DNA of 64,000 bases, taken from assembly GCA_030704615.1 (NCBI GenBank), contig CM060733.1, positions 18,600,001-18,664,000 of the forward strand. The letters are read 5' to 3'. The notes beneath the pieces are model-generated. The model saw only the letters and a program-made list of their open reading frames with translations, was not told where the DNA came from and did no database searches. The translations under genes and the position numbers were made by a program. Source of the stretch: Takakia lepidozioides (Eukaryota; Plantae; Bryophyta). Numbering within the stretch: the first letter of the stretch is position 1; each line of letters starts with the position of its first letter. Of the stretch, positions 14,498 to 26,180 are shown one piece after another.

Positions 14498-14786
14498 GAG
14501 TGAACCCTGGCTCAAACCCACTTCCTGCACCTGGATTTGACCTCGAAACCTCTCAGTGATTGGGTCGACCCATTTGTGAGAAAACCCCTCGTGTCTCCAA
14601 TTTTGGACCCTGCCATCGAACAATTACTAAACGTGGATGCCGTAGTATTTCATTTCGTAAGACTCTCAGCGGCCTGGAAGAATCAGGACTGGATTCTACG
14701 TCAGAGAGGAGAAGAAGGATGTCAGCCAAATTCGATGTCGTGGGTTCTTGAGCTCTGAGAATCGTTGTGAGGGGGATCTGGTTTCG

Positions 14787-16332
14787 ATGGAGAGCGCCGG
14801 CAGCAGACCGAAAGATGATGTTTCTCTTCCCAAAGGTGAGGAATCTTGCATGTCCTCGTTCGTTCTTCCAGGCTTTGAAAATACTTCTGACGGAGAGGAC
14901 GGCGCTTGCGGTTCTTGAGTATGTATCAACAAAGAAGCGGAGCTTATTTGGCTGTTTTTTGGGGAGGGATGATGCAGCCACCATGACCAAAATAATAAAG
15001 GAGATGTTACCGCCTGATGTTCGTGTGGCGAAGGATGCACAGGACTTGCTGCTGGAATGCTGCGTTGGTATTCCTTCTAACTGTGTGGAAAGGAACAGTT
15101 TTTCTATAAGCATGCCTGGTGATGTTTAAAGAGATGTTTTTTTCAATCATCTCACTCATGAAGGTGCAAGGAGTGAGTGAAGCTTACACAGAATCGTGCC
15201 CGGGTTTACACTCATCTTCTCCCTCCTCTCTCTATGCTGGGTGTCTCCATATGTCACAGCCTGCTGGACAGTCTTTGTGTGTTTGTGTTACATGTGCTCT
15301 TGTGTGTATCAGAGTTCATTAATTTGATATCATCTGAGTCAAATGAGATATGCAGTAAGGAGGAGAAGCGCACCATTGCTCCGGAACATGTTTTGAAAGC
15401 CCTTGAGGTCTGTCACCACCCCTGCAGTCATGACTTGTGGCTAATTATTCTATGGACTGCTCGTTTAGGCATCTGTTGCTACAATTTCCCTAAGAACCCC
15501 GTTCCTACACTTGCTGGTATAGAGGATGCTTGTAGTAGGTAGGATGTTAATGGTGATTATGAAGTTACTAGCTGCCAATCTCCAAAGTGATTGTTTTATT
15601 GATAGAGAGGTTTGTTGAATGTCAAAACATTCACCTCTGAGATTGGTTATGACTTGATGCAGTATCTTGGATTTGGGGAATACATAGGGGAGGTCCAAGC
15701 TGCTTATGAGCAACACAAAACTGAGACATTGGTGAGGCTTCCTGGACATTATTCTGTTTTTTAAGCTGTTATGTATGAGTTTTGTTAGAGATTGGGGATT
15801 GAACCTGGTCTCTCGAAGCAAATGGCTTGAGGATGTATGGCAATATCAATTTGAACCAACTCTGGCTTGACCCTACCTCACGGACTGCGGCCACAATCTG
15901 TCACTCTCTTTTTCATCTCAAGAATTCTTTACACTGTCTCTTTAGATAGAACAAATCTGAAACCCATGAACCTGAGGGTGGTAGTGCTTGCCATCATGGC
16001 TCAGAATAACTCTATGCTTGGCAGTTCACTGTTTCTTTTTTCAGTATGGAACTGGTTTTTGTCTAGGTTTCTGTTGTCCAGTGTATGCGTGTGATTTCAG
16101 ATGGTTGTCAATGGCATTAGTCAAGTTTTTATCCCTTTGCTCATTCGGACTTGGCGGCTTGTGTTAATAGGATTCCCCGAAGGTGGGAGGAAGATGGGCA
16201 AAAGAAGGAGGTGGGGGAATGACAGAAGAAGAGGCCATAGCTGCCCAGCAACGAATGTTTGCTGAAGCTCGTGCCCGCATGAACAGCAGTGGTGCCACAG
16301 TGGCCCCGGCACAAGCAAACGACTCGGAATAA
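14787..16332 (+). CDS. DR1: Negative cofactor 2 beta subunit (Dr1, histone fold). Exons 14787-14835, 14978-15067, 15313-15407, 15663-15731, 16171-16332.
   Basis: Spliced product MESAGSRPKDDVSLPKATMTKIIKEMLPPDVRVAKDAQDLLLECCVEFINLISSESNEICSKEEKRTIAPEHVLKALEYLGFGEY...MTEEEAIAAQQRMFAEARARMN. Confidence 0.94.
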
Positions 16333-18197
16333 TTCTGTTCCTTTTACTTGTAGAAATCAACTTAATGTACAGTGGTGGTCTTTCTCATACTTCCTTGGCT
16401 ATACAATACAGCAATGTCCACTCCATGATTGTGGAGTACAATAATCCAAAGCTGGTGCTCCCTTCAAGAAGTTGAGACAAAGTCAACCTTATGCTCATAT
16501 GCATGTTGAATCAGCACCCTGCAAGCTATGTCCTGTTATGAGACAGGCTCCCAGTCAATGTAATCAGACAAGGACAAGAACTAGGGTTTAGGATCAAAAG
16601 ATCAAAAGCTCCTTATCATTGTCTAGGTTTTGGTACAGTCAGTCCAATAGCTAGCTCGTGTTTGCTGCAGCTCACGAGGGACCAAGAGAACTTCATTTGG
16701 ATTGATCCCGCGACAACGCGATCGAATTATCTCACACAATCGAATTATAAATCTGGATACCAAGAATTATGACAGGCCGCATGGGGGTGCAAGTACTTAC
16801 TATCATCTGCTTATTTTCATCTGTGCCCAAGGAAGACCACTGGTGGAAGCTTAGCTGTTTCCTTCTATCTCTCTCGTCCTTCATGCCTTCTCAGTGCATT
16901 CTGATTACTTTGACACAAGGGGCACCGGGTGCTGCAGTTTTCAATTTATACCTCAAGAGGTCAAGGGATTTGTGAGATTCCTAGTGTACAGCATGCATGT
17001 GGCAAGCTGAAGCATGACAAGACTGTTTTCTCAACCGACAGCAGAGCTGTGAATCTTCATAGCTGTTTGCCCAGACACTTTCTGAACAAACCTGTCCCAG
17101 ACTGTCCCGGACTGTGTGTCAGAGTGTCCCAATGACAGCTTCCACTGTTGACTTGGAGAAATTGTATTTCACAAACAACACACAGCTGTGATCCAAGTCT
17201 TCAGTCTTCATCCACGGTCGCCCGCGTGCGGTCAGAAAAGCTAACCGCGGTGAAGGCAGCTAACCAGGAAGGGACGGTGACGACGTGCCGACTTATCTAC
17301 AGGAAATCGCAGGTATTGCCAATCACGTGGAATTCCTTTCGCCAAACTCATCTTCTCTGGGAGTTTCGGCCCCAGACGGATTTGACCTCTACACCTCCTG
17401 GAGAGTGGGATACGGGAACAGAAAGCCATCCATTGGAGGCGACCATTCACTGACTCGGCGGTTGACTGACGGATGACAACGTTGTACATCCGTCAATCAT
17501 CCATGGACAAATGTATCCCGTCAGTCATTCAATCCAGCCGCTAATATATTGATGGCCCATTAATTCAAGGGAAATAATTTGAATTCGAGTAAAACGTAGC
17601 TTCCGTTTTTTCTTACCGTGGCTATAGGGCATGGAGTTTGGCGATGAAGGTGGCGCAACCCGGGGCCGAGTTTCGCCGCGAGGAAGAGAACGCTGAACGA
17701 CACAGACCATCTTCTTCCTCGCTCTTGCCTGGCCCTTGCGCTGGCGAGGATTCTGTTTGCCTGCATCCATTGTGGGTTTTGCTTGCGGAAGAAGGGATCT
17801 GGATGCCAGTTGGTACCATCAAGTGTTGGTTGAGGTGAAGTGATAGATCGTGGAGCCTCTGTTGTGGAGTTCTGAACAGAGAGGAATAGGGCCGAAACAG
17901 AGCATCGTGGATAGTTGGGAGCATCAATCTGGATATATCTGATACAGGCTTAGGTGGAGGAGGGGAGAGGCATTGAAGATCAGGAGTCGGGGTTTGTGGA
18001 TCTTACTGGAGGCAGACTGTTGGATGGATTCCTGAGAGTTGGTAGTTGGAGCGCTAACTGGTGTGTGGCGTTAGTAGAGCAAGGAAAGAGAGGTGAAAGA
18101 AATAGTGCAAATTGAACGAGAAGGTTTGGCTGGCTTTGCGGAGATCAGATCCTAAGACGGTGTTACTGAATTTTTCTTAAGGTTGCAGGGGGAGAAA

Positions 18198-21052
18198 ATG
18201 GGTGCGCAATCGCTCATATACAGTTTTGTAGCTAGGGGCCCAGTTGTTCTTGCAGAATACACAGCGTTTTCTGGCAACTTTAGCACGATTGCAGTGCAGT
18301 GTCTGCAGAAGCTGCCTGCCAACAACAACAAGTTCACATACACCTGTGACCGTCATACTTTCAACTATCTTGTTGAAGATGGCTTCAGTATGTGCCTCCC
18401 CCTCACTTCTTTTTCATCTCGTTCTCTGTCTAGTGGTGCATAACGACTGTCTCCTTCGCTTGATGTCCATCAGTTAGGCAAGCTTGTCCGACCCTCGTAC
18501 TCTGAACCTCTTTCAAAAACTTCTTCTTCAAGATGCTTTCAGAACTGGAAGTATATGGTAGTATATAAACATGTGGCATATATAATGGTCTGTCTAATGT
18601 CATTGTGCGGTTACCAGCGACAGAAACATGTCCCAGTTCTTTCCAGTCCTTTAGTAGTTTTCTGCTGTATATATTCAGTAGATTGAATACCTGGAGCCAC
18701 TGAATGAAAGACAGAATTCCATGTTGTCAAGCTGGTTTTTGCTGTTCCGTGGCATTCTATGTTTGTGAAATATCCTTTAAATAGGTCTTCAAAGACCTGA
18801 TACATATTGTTACCTGTCAATTCCTTTTTTCTTTAAAGCCCAACTTCTTGATCTCATGTGCACTACTGATTGCTGTGGACGAGGGCAGATATGATTGGCC
18901 TCTAGGATTTTCCATTGCGTGTGGTAACAACTACCTGAATTTTTTTGTTCTGAGTGTTATGTTTTGCAATGACTCCCTGCATTTGAGGTTTCATTTTCAG
19001 TACTACTATTCTCAAATCCTTTTTGATAGTTTATCTTCGCATTAGTGGTCGCAGTGATTGTGACAGTCAGTTTGTCACATGCCTAAATGTTGCGGAGTCC
19101 TTATAAGCCTGTTTTTCCATAGTACATGGCCCACTGTTTTATCTGTCTTCTCCTGGCTTTGAAGAGATTTTAATGCATCTCTCTTGTGCACTATCACATA
19201 AATGGTTCTACTTGTGCATTATGAGTTGCGTATCTTGAGTCTTGAAGTTGTGACATATTTGCCTCATACCTGTGTTTATCTGGTACTCCTGCACATCTGG
19301 AGGTTGTGGATCCATGCTGTAGTTTATTAGTTATGATTTGCTCTTTTCTGTTTCGATCATTGCTCTATCCCTTGTTCTGGTGCAGACCATGCAATGTAGT
19401 GACCACCCTTGCATATTTTTGCAAAGGAGTAGCTGTAGGGTAGGCAAAACCTCTGAATGTGAGGCTGCACTCTGCAGGTCTACTTGCTGTTAGGGTCTAA
19501 GTGGTTGAGGACCACATTCCAACATCAGTCCTGCATAGGATCTCTGTAAGTCAATATGGCATCTGTCTCACCTGCATGAATCAGGAGGAGAGAGGATGAA
19601 CAAAGCATAGATTTCGCAACTGCAACCATCTATGACTAGGTGGAGATATGCTTATTATGTGTCTCTGTTCGGTAAATGGTGCAGCATATCTGGTCGTTGC
19701 TGATGAAGAGTTCGGGAGGCAAATTCCTTTTGCATTCTTGGAGCGTATCAAGGAGGACTTCAAGCGACGCTATCAGGGAGGGAAGGCCGATCTGGCGATT
19801 GCGCATAGTCTAGACAAGGAATTCGGGTATGAAGACAAATTTGATGTTGCCTACAGCCTTGACAAGGAATTCGGGTATGCGGAACTTTCCGCATGCACTT
19901 ATAAGCGAAGATATAACCAAGCAATGGCTTTTCAATTAATCTGCTGTCACTGAAAAACCCGTTTCCCTCATTTCAGCAGGCATTGCCAGGTGGCTTTTGG
20001 CCTGGGGAACTCTCCAGCCTCATGGCTGATGTGGGAGTGTAGCCATTGTCCAACTGTATATTGCCATTCCACCAGCAAAGAACCTAACAGTTGTAAGTTG
20101 AAATATGTGATTGAACCTAGCAGACATGCACTGGTAAGATCTGGTGGACAACAGACACATACAATTGCACATTTCCACTGCCCCAGTGGGAGCTCAAACC
20201 TGGTGTTTACTGCAGACATGAAAACTATTTCACTGGTATAACTTTTGATCCAGATCCAAGCTGAAAGAGCACATGGAGTATTGTGTGGAGCACCCCGAGG
20301 AGATGAACAAGATCTCAAAGATCAAATCTCAAGTTGCAGAAGTCAAGGGTATTATGATGGACAACATTGAGAAGGTGCACCTCAATTACTGAAGGAGTAG
20401 GAGAAAGAAATCATAGATGTTGAGACGAATCTTGAAGTTTTTTCATGAAATTTTCAAACAGTGAGAAATTCTTGAAAGTCTCTGGCTGCATTGTGCTCTT
20501 TTGAGCATTTTCATCTGTTGGAAAGCAATGTATAGTGGAAAGGTGTAATGGGACAAATCCAGTTGGCGGTACATTGTGAGTTGGTACTTGATACCTGCCT
20601 ACTCCTGGATTGTATGACATTGATGCAGGTGCTTGATCGGGGAGAGAAAATTGAGCTTTTGGTTGATAAAACAGAGAACCTTCGATTTCAGGTGTGTATA
20701 TGATAGAATTTTACCTTCAAGATGATAGTAGTCTCCCTGTTCCCACTAAGTGCTAACGAATATGTGCAGCATCGCTCAATTTGGAGGTCAACTGCATGAA
20801 ATCCCAAAAGAGATGATAAAGCCTGCTTGCTAATGTGGTTGATTTGTGGTTTGATGGCAGGCTGATAACTTCCAGCGGCAAGGCAGGCAGCTGAGGCGCA
20901 AGATGTGGCTGCAGAACTTCAAAGTGAAACTGATAGTCCTGGCTATCATCATTGTTGTGATTATTATCATCTGGCTTTCTATCTGCAAGGGCTTTGTTTG
21001 CCACAGCGGTTCTAGCTCCAGCTCCACTGCAAAGAGTCCCACTAGCCCATAG
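18198..21052 (+). CDS. VAMP72: Longin R-SNARE of the VAMP72 clade. Exons 18198-18387, 19685-19826 (or -19874), 20254-20374, 20629-20691, 20861-21052.
   Basis: Longin domain [45 protein letters not shown] motif [47 protein letters not shown] followed by a TM helix. Confidence 0.95.
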
Positions 21053-22817
21053 GTGCAACCTTAGGGTCGGTATTAAGTAGAGAGAGGTAGCTGCTAGACC
21101 TTCTATGGTCTTGTAGCTCGCCTTGTAACGGCTAGTGTAAGGGAAGAGTTTGCATGTAAAGTTCTACTATAAGTGCTTACTGTTGGTTTGGGAAGAATGA
21201 AAGAGAGCCCTTGATGGAGACAGGAGCTTCACAGTAATTAAGGCCAGCATATAACATGCGGTCGATGTGTGCAGTGAAATCCTTTTTTGCTGTGTTGTCT
21301 GGCCGGCAAGTTAACCTGTCTGCCCAACTGGGATGAGCTGGTCTAGTTGGCCTCTTTAGGTTTTGGATTAACCCATTGATTGTTATGGGTGGTTGGCGAC
21401 AGTCTGTGGGACACTGTTGGACTCTGTTTAGAGAAATTGGCGTTTTAAGGTAGAGGTGTGTTCTCTGCGTACATTCACACTCCAGTCTTGCTTGTAGTTT
21501 TGGGATTTGACTGTGGGTGGTTGGCAAAGGACAATTTGTGAAACGATTTCTTTCTCAGTGCAGAGACTGATTTTGCGTCTGTTTGAAAGATCGCCTTGAC
21601 CATCATCTGTGGATTATGCAATGTCTACAGAGGTGAAGCTACCACTAGTGCCTGACAAACTTGGTTTTAGTTTTCATCTTCCACTGCTGTGGCAACCATA
21701 GAAATTGGTTTGAAGTTGACAATCATCTCCACAAGCAATGACTGCAATCCGTTACTGATACGTACTCCTAGTTACTGATACGTACTCCGAGTTTTGAAAG
21801 TAGGTTACATTCATCTGAACTTTGTTGCCTCTATGTGGAGCTTTGTGTATGGAATGCTGGCTCAATGAAATGGGCTGCTACTAACCATGGTTCACTGATG
21901 TAGCTGGTTTTATTTCACAAGGTTAAGTGCACACTTCCTACTCTCATTTTCAGAAACAATTCCTTGTTGTAATCTACCCTACTCCAGTTTGCTGTTTTTT
22001 GTCAAATCTAAAGGTGATTTACCTAGAGAGAGAAATTTCAAGGATCAGTTTGGGGGTTCTACAGTCTAGTGTTGTGTTGAAGACAAGCATTGAGATTTGT
22101 ATTTTGTCAATGTGGTGAAAGGACATTTAGGATAAGTCCGATCACCACGGGCTGAAAAGAACCTTGGGATTCAAATCAATTGCTTCACCTACAAGCACAT
22201 AGTATTTGCTGGAAGTTGATAGTTAGAAGATTGCGAATTCTTGTGTCAATTGCAGGAAGCTTCTCTGTAACCAAACAACCACAATGTGACCACCACAATT
22301 GCCTGAACAAGACATGATAGTCAGTGCACAGAACAAAAAACCGAATATTTATTCATTGGGAAGGCAGATGGCATCCCAAAACTTTGTACATGGGGTCCTT
22401 TTCCGAATACCGCTCTTACAAACCTTGTGGAGCTTATTAGTGATCATCTACATTCTCACTCCAATTCAAGGCACAGAGGTCCACAAAACTGCCTGCACAG
22501 ACATAAGAGAAAGGATAGCTTACATGGATGTGTGCCCATAAACAACTTAACATCCTGTCCATGCTCAAAGACACTCGTAAGATTTTATTCATCCTGCCTC
22601 AGTTGTCATAACAGGATAAGGGCACAGGAAAAGGTCGGCGCAAAACGGAGCCTTATTATTGCTGCTGCTGTTGCTGTTGAGCAGTGGATGACCTGATGAA
22701 CATTTTTTCGCATCCAGATACAATGTGACAGGTAAAGTTTGTTGCTCAATTATTCCCACAGAGGTTTCAAAGCCCAAAGAGAACCCGCTTGAAGTTCTCA
22801 GAAAGGATCCAGCAGAC

Positions 22818-25754
22818 CTACAACTTGTGTACAATCTCTTCATCAATTTTCTTGTAGTACGTCAGACATTGTACGATAGGAACTGCACCTTCGACATCAC
22901 CACTGCTGAAGGTGCTAACCAGTGCCTTCTCGCACTCTTGTATCTTTCTCCCATTCTGCAAAAGAGAATATTCTGTCATTGATTGCTGTTGAGGTCCGTG
23001 TAGAATCAAACAAAATGCTACCTCAAAATGTAGCCCTCAAAATGTAGCCCTCAAAACCTAAATCAAACTAGCACTGTGACATTCATAGAGATGGATTGAA
23101 AAAGTGGAGCAGCTTTTTCAAGCCATAGGATCTGACACTAGAAGGCAATGCAAGCTCTGAGCAAGGGACTGGGTAGAGGAACATACAATTTCCTGGATTT
23201 GATGGAGCTGCTTTGCATTCCCTGCATCTTCAATCTGCTCTCGTATCTCCATAATCTGTAACCCCCCCAATCCCTCACATGCATTAACTCACCTTAGGAG
23301 GGTAGGGGGAAACCATCTTTATGTCCTAATCAGATTTTGCTTGCCATGCCCTTATGGTCAATCAACCGGGACATGCAAGAAAGATGTCTTTAGTAGCTGT
23401 TGCTTGCTGTAGCCTTCTGGCCACGGACGACTCTGACGGTTTGGATGGAGCATCAGCAGAGAGAGAAATATGCAGGCTGTAGCCTTATGGCCTTAATCCC
23501 ATGACAAGAGGGTGAGAAGAGCTGACCTCCATAAGGAGTGTTGGGTCATCTATGGTGCCTTCCTCATCGATATTCACACCATTCAGTCGCAACTGTGTGG
23601 TCAAGCAAAAGGTGGCAAACACATGAGCTGAATGCCAAGATTTTAATTGAGTTGTGAAGTAGCATGGTCTCTGTCATTCTCTGATTTAAAGTGTCTTGTA
23701 GAGTTTGCCCTTCAATAGGATCAAAGTGGAGAGCAAAAATGAATTCATACAGAAAAGAAGTGTACCAGATAGCGAGCTCGTGACAAGGGCTCCAAGAGAG
23801 TGTAGTAGGCCTTTATAACCCGTGCTGACTGGTCGGCTGAATACCCTTGCTCTCTCTGTCTCACACACATCATCAGCCACTGCCCCTCTAAGACAGGCCA
23901 ATGTCCCTCTCCCTCTGACACAACACATGTGCTCCTGATAAGAGGAAAAAGGTCTAACATAATCAATTCAACCTGAGAGTCTCTCAGGTTATTACACCAG
24001 ATATGGTATTCTGCTCAATTATCAGGTTTCATCTCAATCTTCAATTCCAGACACACATCAACCATCTCAAATGAACATCAGCTAGGGCCTACCCTTGCAG
24101 TTTATGATTAACATGCTCAGAGATGGCTGTGAGGTAATCCTCTTCATAGATAAATCAAGGAGTGGAGGATGTACTGGTCACCCGACTATGTCTCCATCAC
24201 TAGAGGCACAAGGGCAGCCGCCACACCGGCAGCAGAACCAGCAGCTGCATCGGCAGCTTCCACAAGCATCAGTGGGACTAGTGGTACAGAGGCTACGACG
24301 TCCACCCAAGCTAATGCTGCACCAGCCTATGATTGAGTTGACTGGAAGAAACAGACAAACCTGCGACTTCATACTAGACAGATCTGGATGCAGAAATTTT
24401 TGCAGGCCCTTGTAGCGCTGCTCCAGCTCCTTTACATCCACGACAAAATTCCTCTCCCTGTTGCCACCTTCTCTGCCTTCATTTACTTAGCAAAAATAAT
24501 ATAACCTTTTGATATTGTATAAAATATACTGGTAAGCGAGAATTACTGTGGCATTTTACTCCATCCTCTTCTTCACCATCTTTGTGAGACAATGAGATCC
24601 CCATATCATATAGGTGTTGGAATTGGTACTGGGGACAGCTTGGTTGGTGCAGCACATGAGGCTTAGCCTTCATATTCCACCTGGTTGCCCCTTGCCAGAT
24701 GAGGCAGATAAGAAACACCGCAAACTTTGTTCTAATTGTAGTCCAATATCAGTTCTAGTTGTTACAATGCGTTGGAATAGACCTGAATAGTAATTGTAAT
24801 CTGCATCAAAGAAGCTAACTTCGATGTTGAAGGTTAAGAAACCTTTCGTCTCACTACAATTTTGTAAAATTCTGCTTGGGCACAATCACCAACAAGGATT
24901 GAGTTACACCACAGTGGGAGACCTGTGCCAACTGCTACCTCTAATTATGGCTAGCATATGGACACTTTCGGTCATAAGCAGTGACATTAATGTCAGGGTA
25001 AGGTTTCTATAAGTAATCAGATCCAGTGAACCCTGGTCGATAGTAGCCAGATTTGGAGAACCCCTGGTGGAGAATTGCTCACAAAAGTGAGCCCATTTTC
25101 GCCTCCACTACACAAGACAAACTATACCAAAACGTTTAAGGTGGAGCAAAGACAACATTCGTCAGGATATTGACTTACTCAAGCAGATTGTGTCCTAGTT
25201 CCAAACTATAACCAACAAAACCCTTCCTTCCCCAAACTACAGTCAATTCAGCCACTGCGCAGTTGTTTTAACAGAACTCAGACTGTTAACAACAAGCAAC
25301 GGGCTTGGGGCATCCATCAAGCTTACATGTTGAAGATCTGGAAGAAGTCCAAAGATGGGTCCAAAGGTTGAATTGCTTTGCATACTGGACAGACAAAGAA
25401 GGGCCCTGCAGGGGCACTGCTTTCACACGACCAGCATGTTCTTCCCTGTTCTTGCATCGGCTCACTCGACAAAGCCCTCTCCCACTTCAATCGAAAACTA
25501 CTCCCGGACGATACTAAGGAGAGATTGCGAGCAAAACCGATCGAGGAAGAACTAACAAATTTCTTACCCAAATTGTCATGAATGACTGAGCCATTGACTT
25601 GGTCAGTGCATTCCTGTATCCGGTGACTGTGGGTACTCAATGAGGCAATGATTCCACCCACTAAAAGGTTCGAAGTGCGGAGAGCAGGGGCAGGCGACAG
25701 CACCAGGATGCTGCGAAACAGGGAGATCGAAATTAAACCCGGCAAAGTATTCAT
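22818..25754 (-). CDS. HSCB: Fe-S cluster co-chaperone HscB/Jac1 (mitochondrial J-protein), about 6 exons; the start codon is uncertain
   Basis: CWSC...FVCPVCKAIQP zinc motif. J-domain ELEQRYKGLQKFLHPD. SARVIKAYYTLLEPLSRARYLLRL, DPTLLMEIMEIRE and C-terminal LTYYKKIDEEI. Confidence 0.92.
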
Positions 25755-26180
25755 TGATCTGCTAAAGCTTAGTCGTCTCTGAAGAACAGATTTCTTCTCT
25801 TTTTCTGCACAGATCTGGCGGATCCAGTATGCAACCTGGGGGAGGGGGGTTTGCTATCTAGGGGTTTGAACCTTGACCTAAACACAATGCCTCCCAAGAT
25901 GCAGCCACGTGGCCCGGTGGAGCCATTGGGGCCGTGGATGGAGGGGTCCCTCGGCCGCGCCTCCAGCACCTCAACATGGTGTAGAGACGAGAAATTAGGG
26001 GTTAATGTTGCGGAGAAGGTTTATCGGAGAAGAGGGAGGGCATCATGGCCGTGGCCAGTTGAGGTTTGAGGGGAGAGAATTGCAGGCAAGAATCTGAGCG
26101 CAAAGGGGTTCATATCAAGAATATCTTTCGGTATTTTTAGAGGGGAGAGATAAAGAAGTGCGTGAGGAAACTAGAGCAAG

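Noticed and set aside
15068-15078. U12-like donor GTATTCCTT in DR1 intron 2
   Set aside because: It departs from the strict GTATCCTT consensus and no U12 branch site (TCCTTAAC) is visible near the acceptor.
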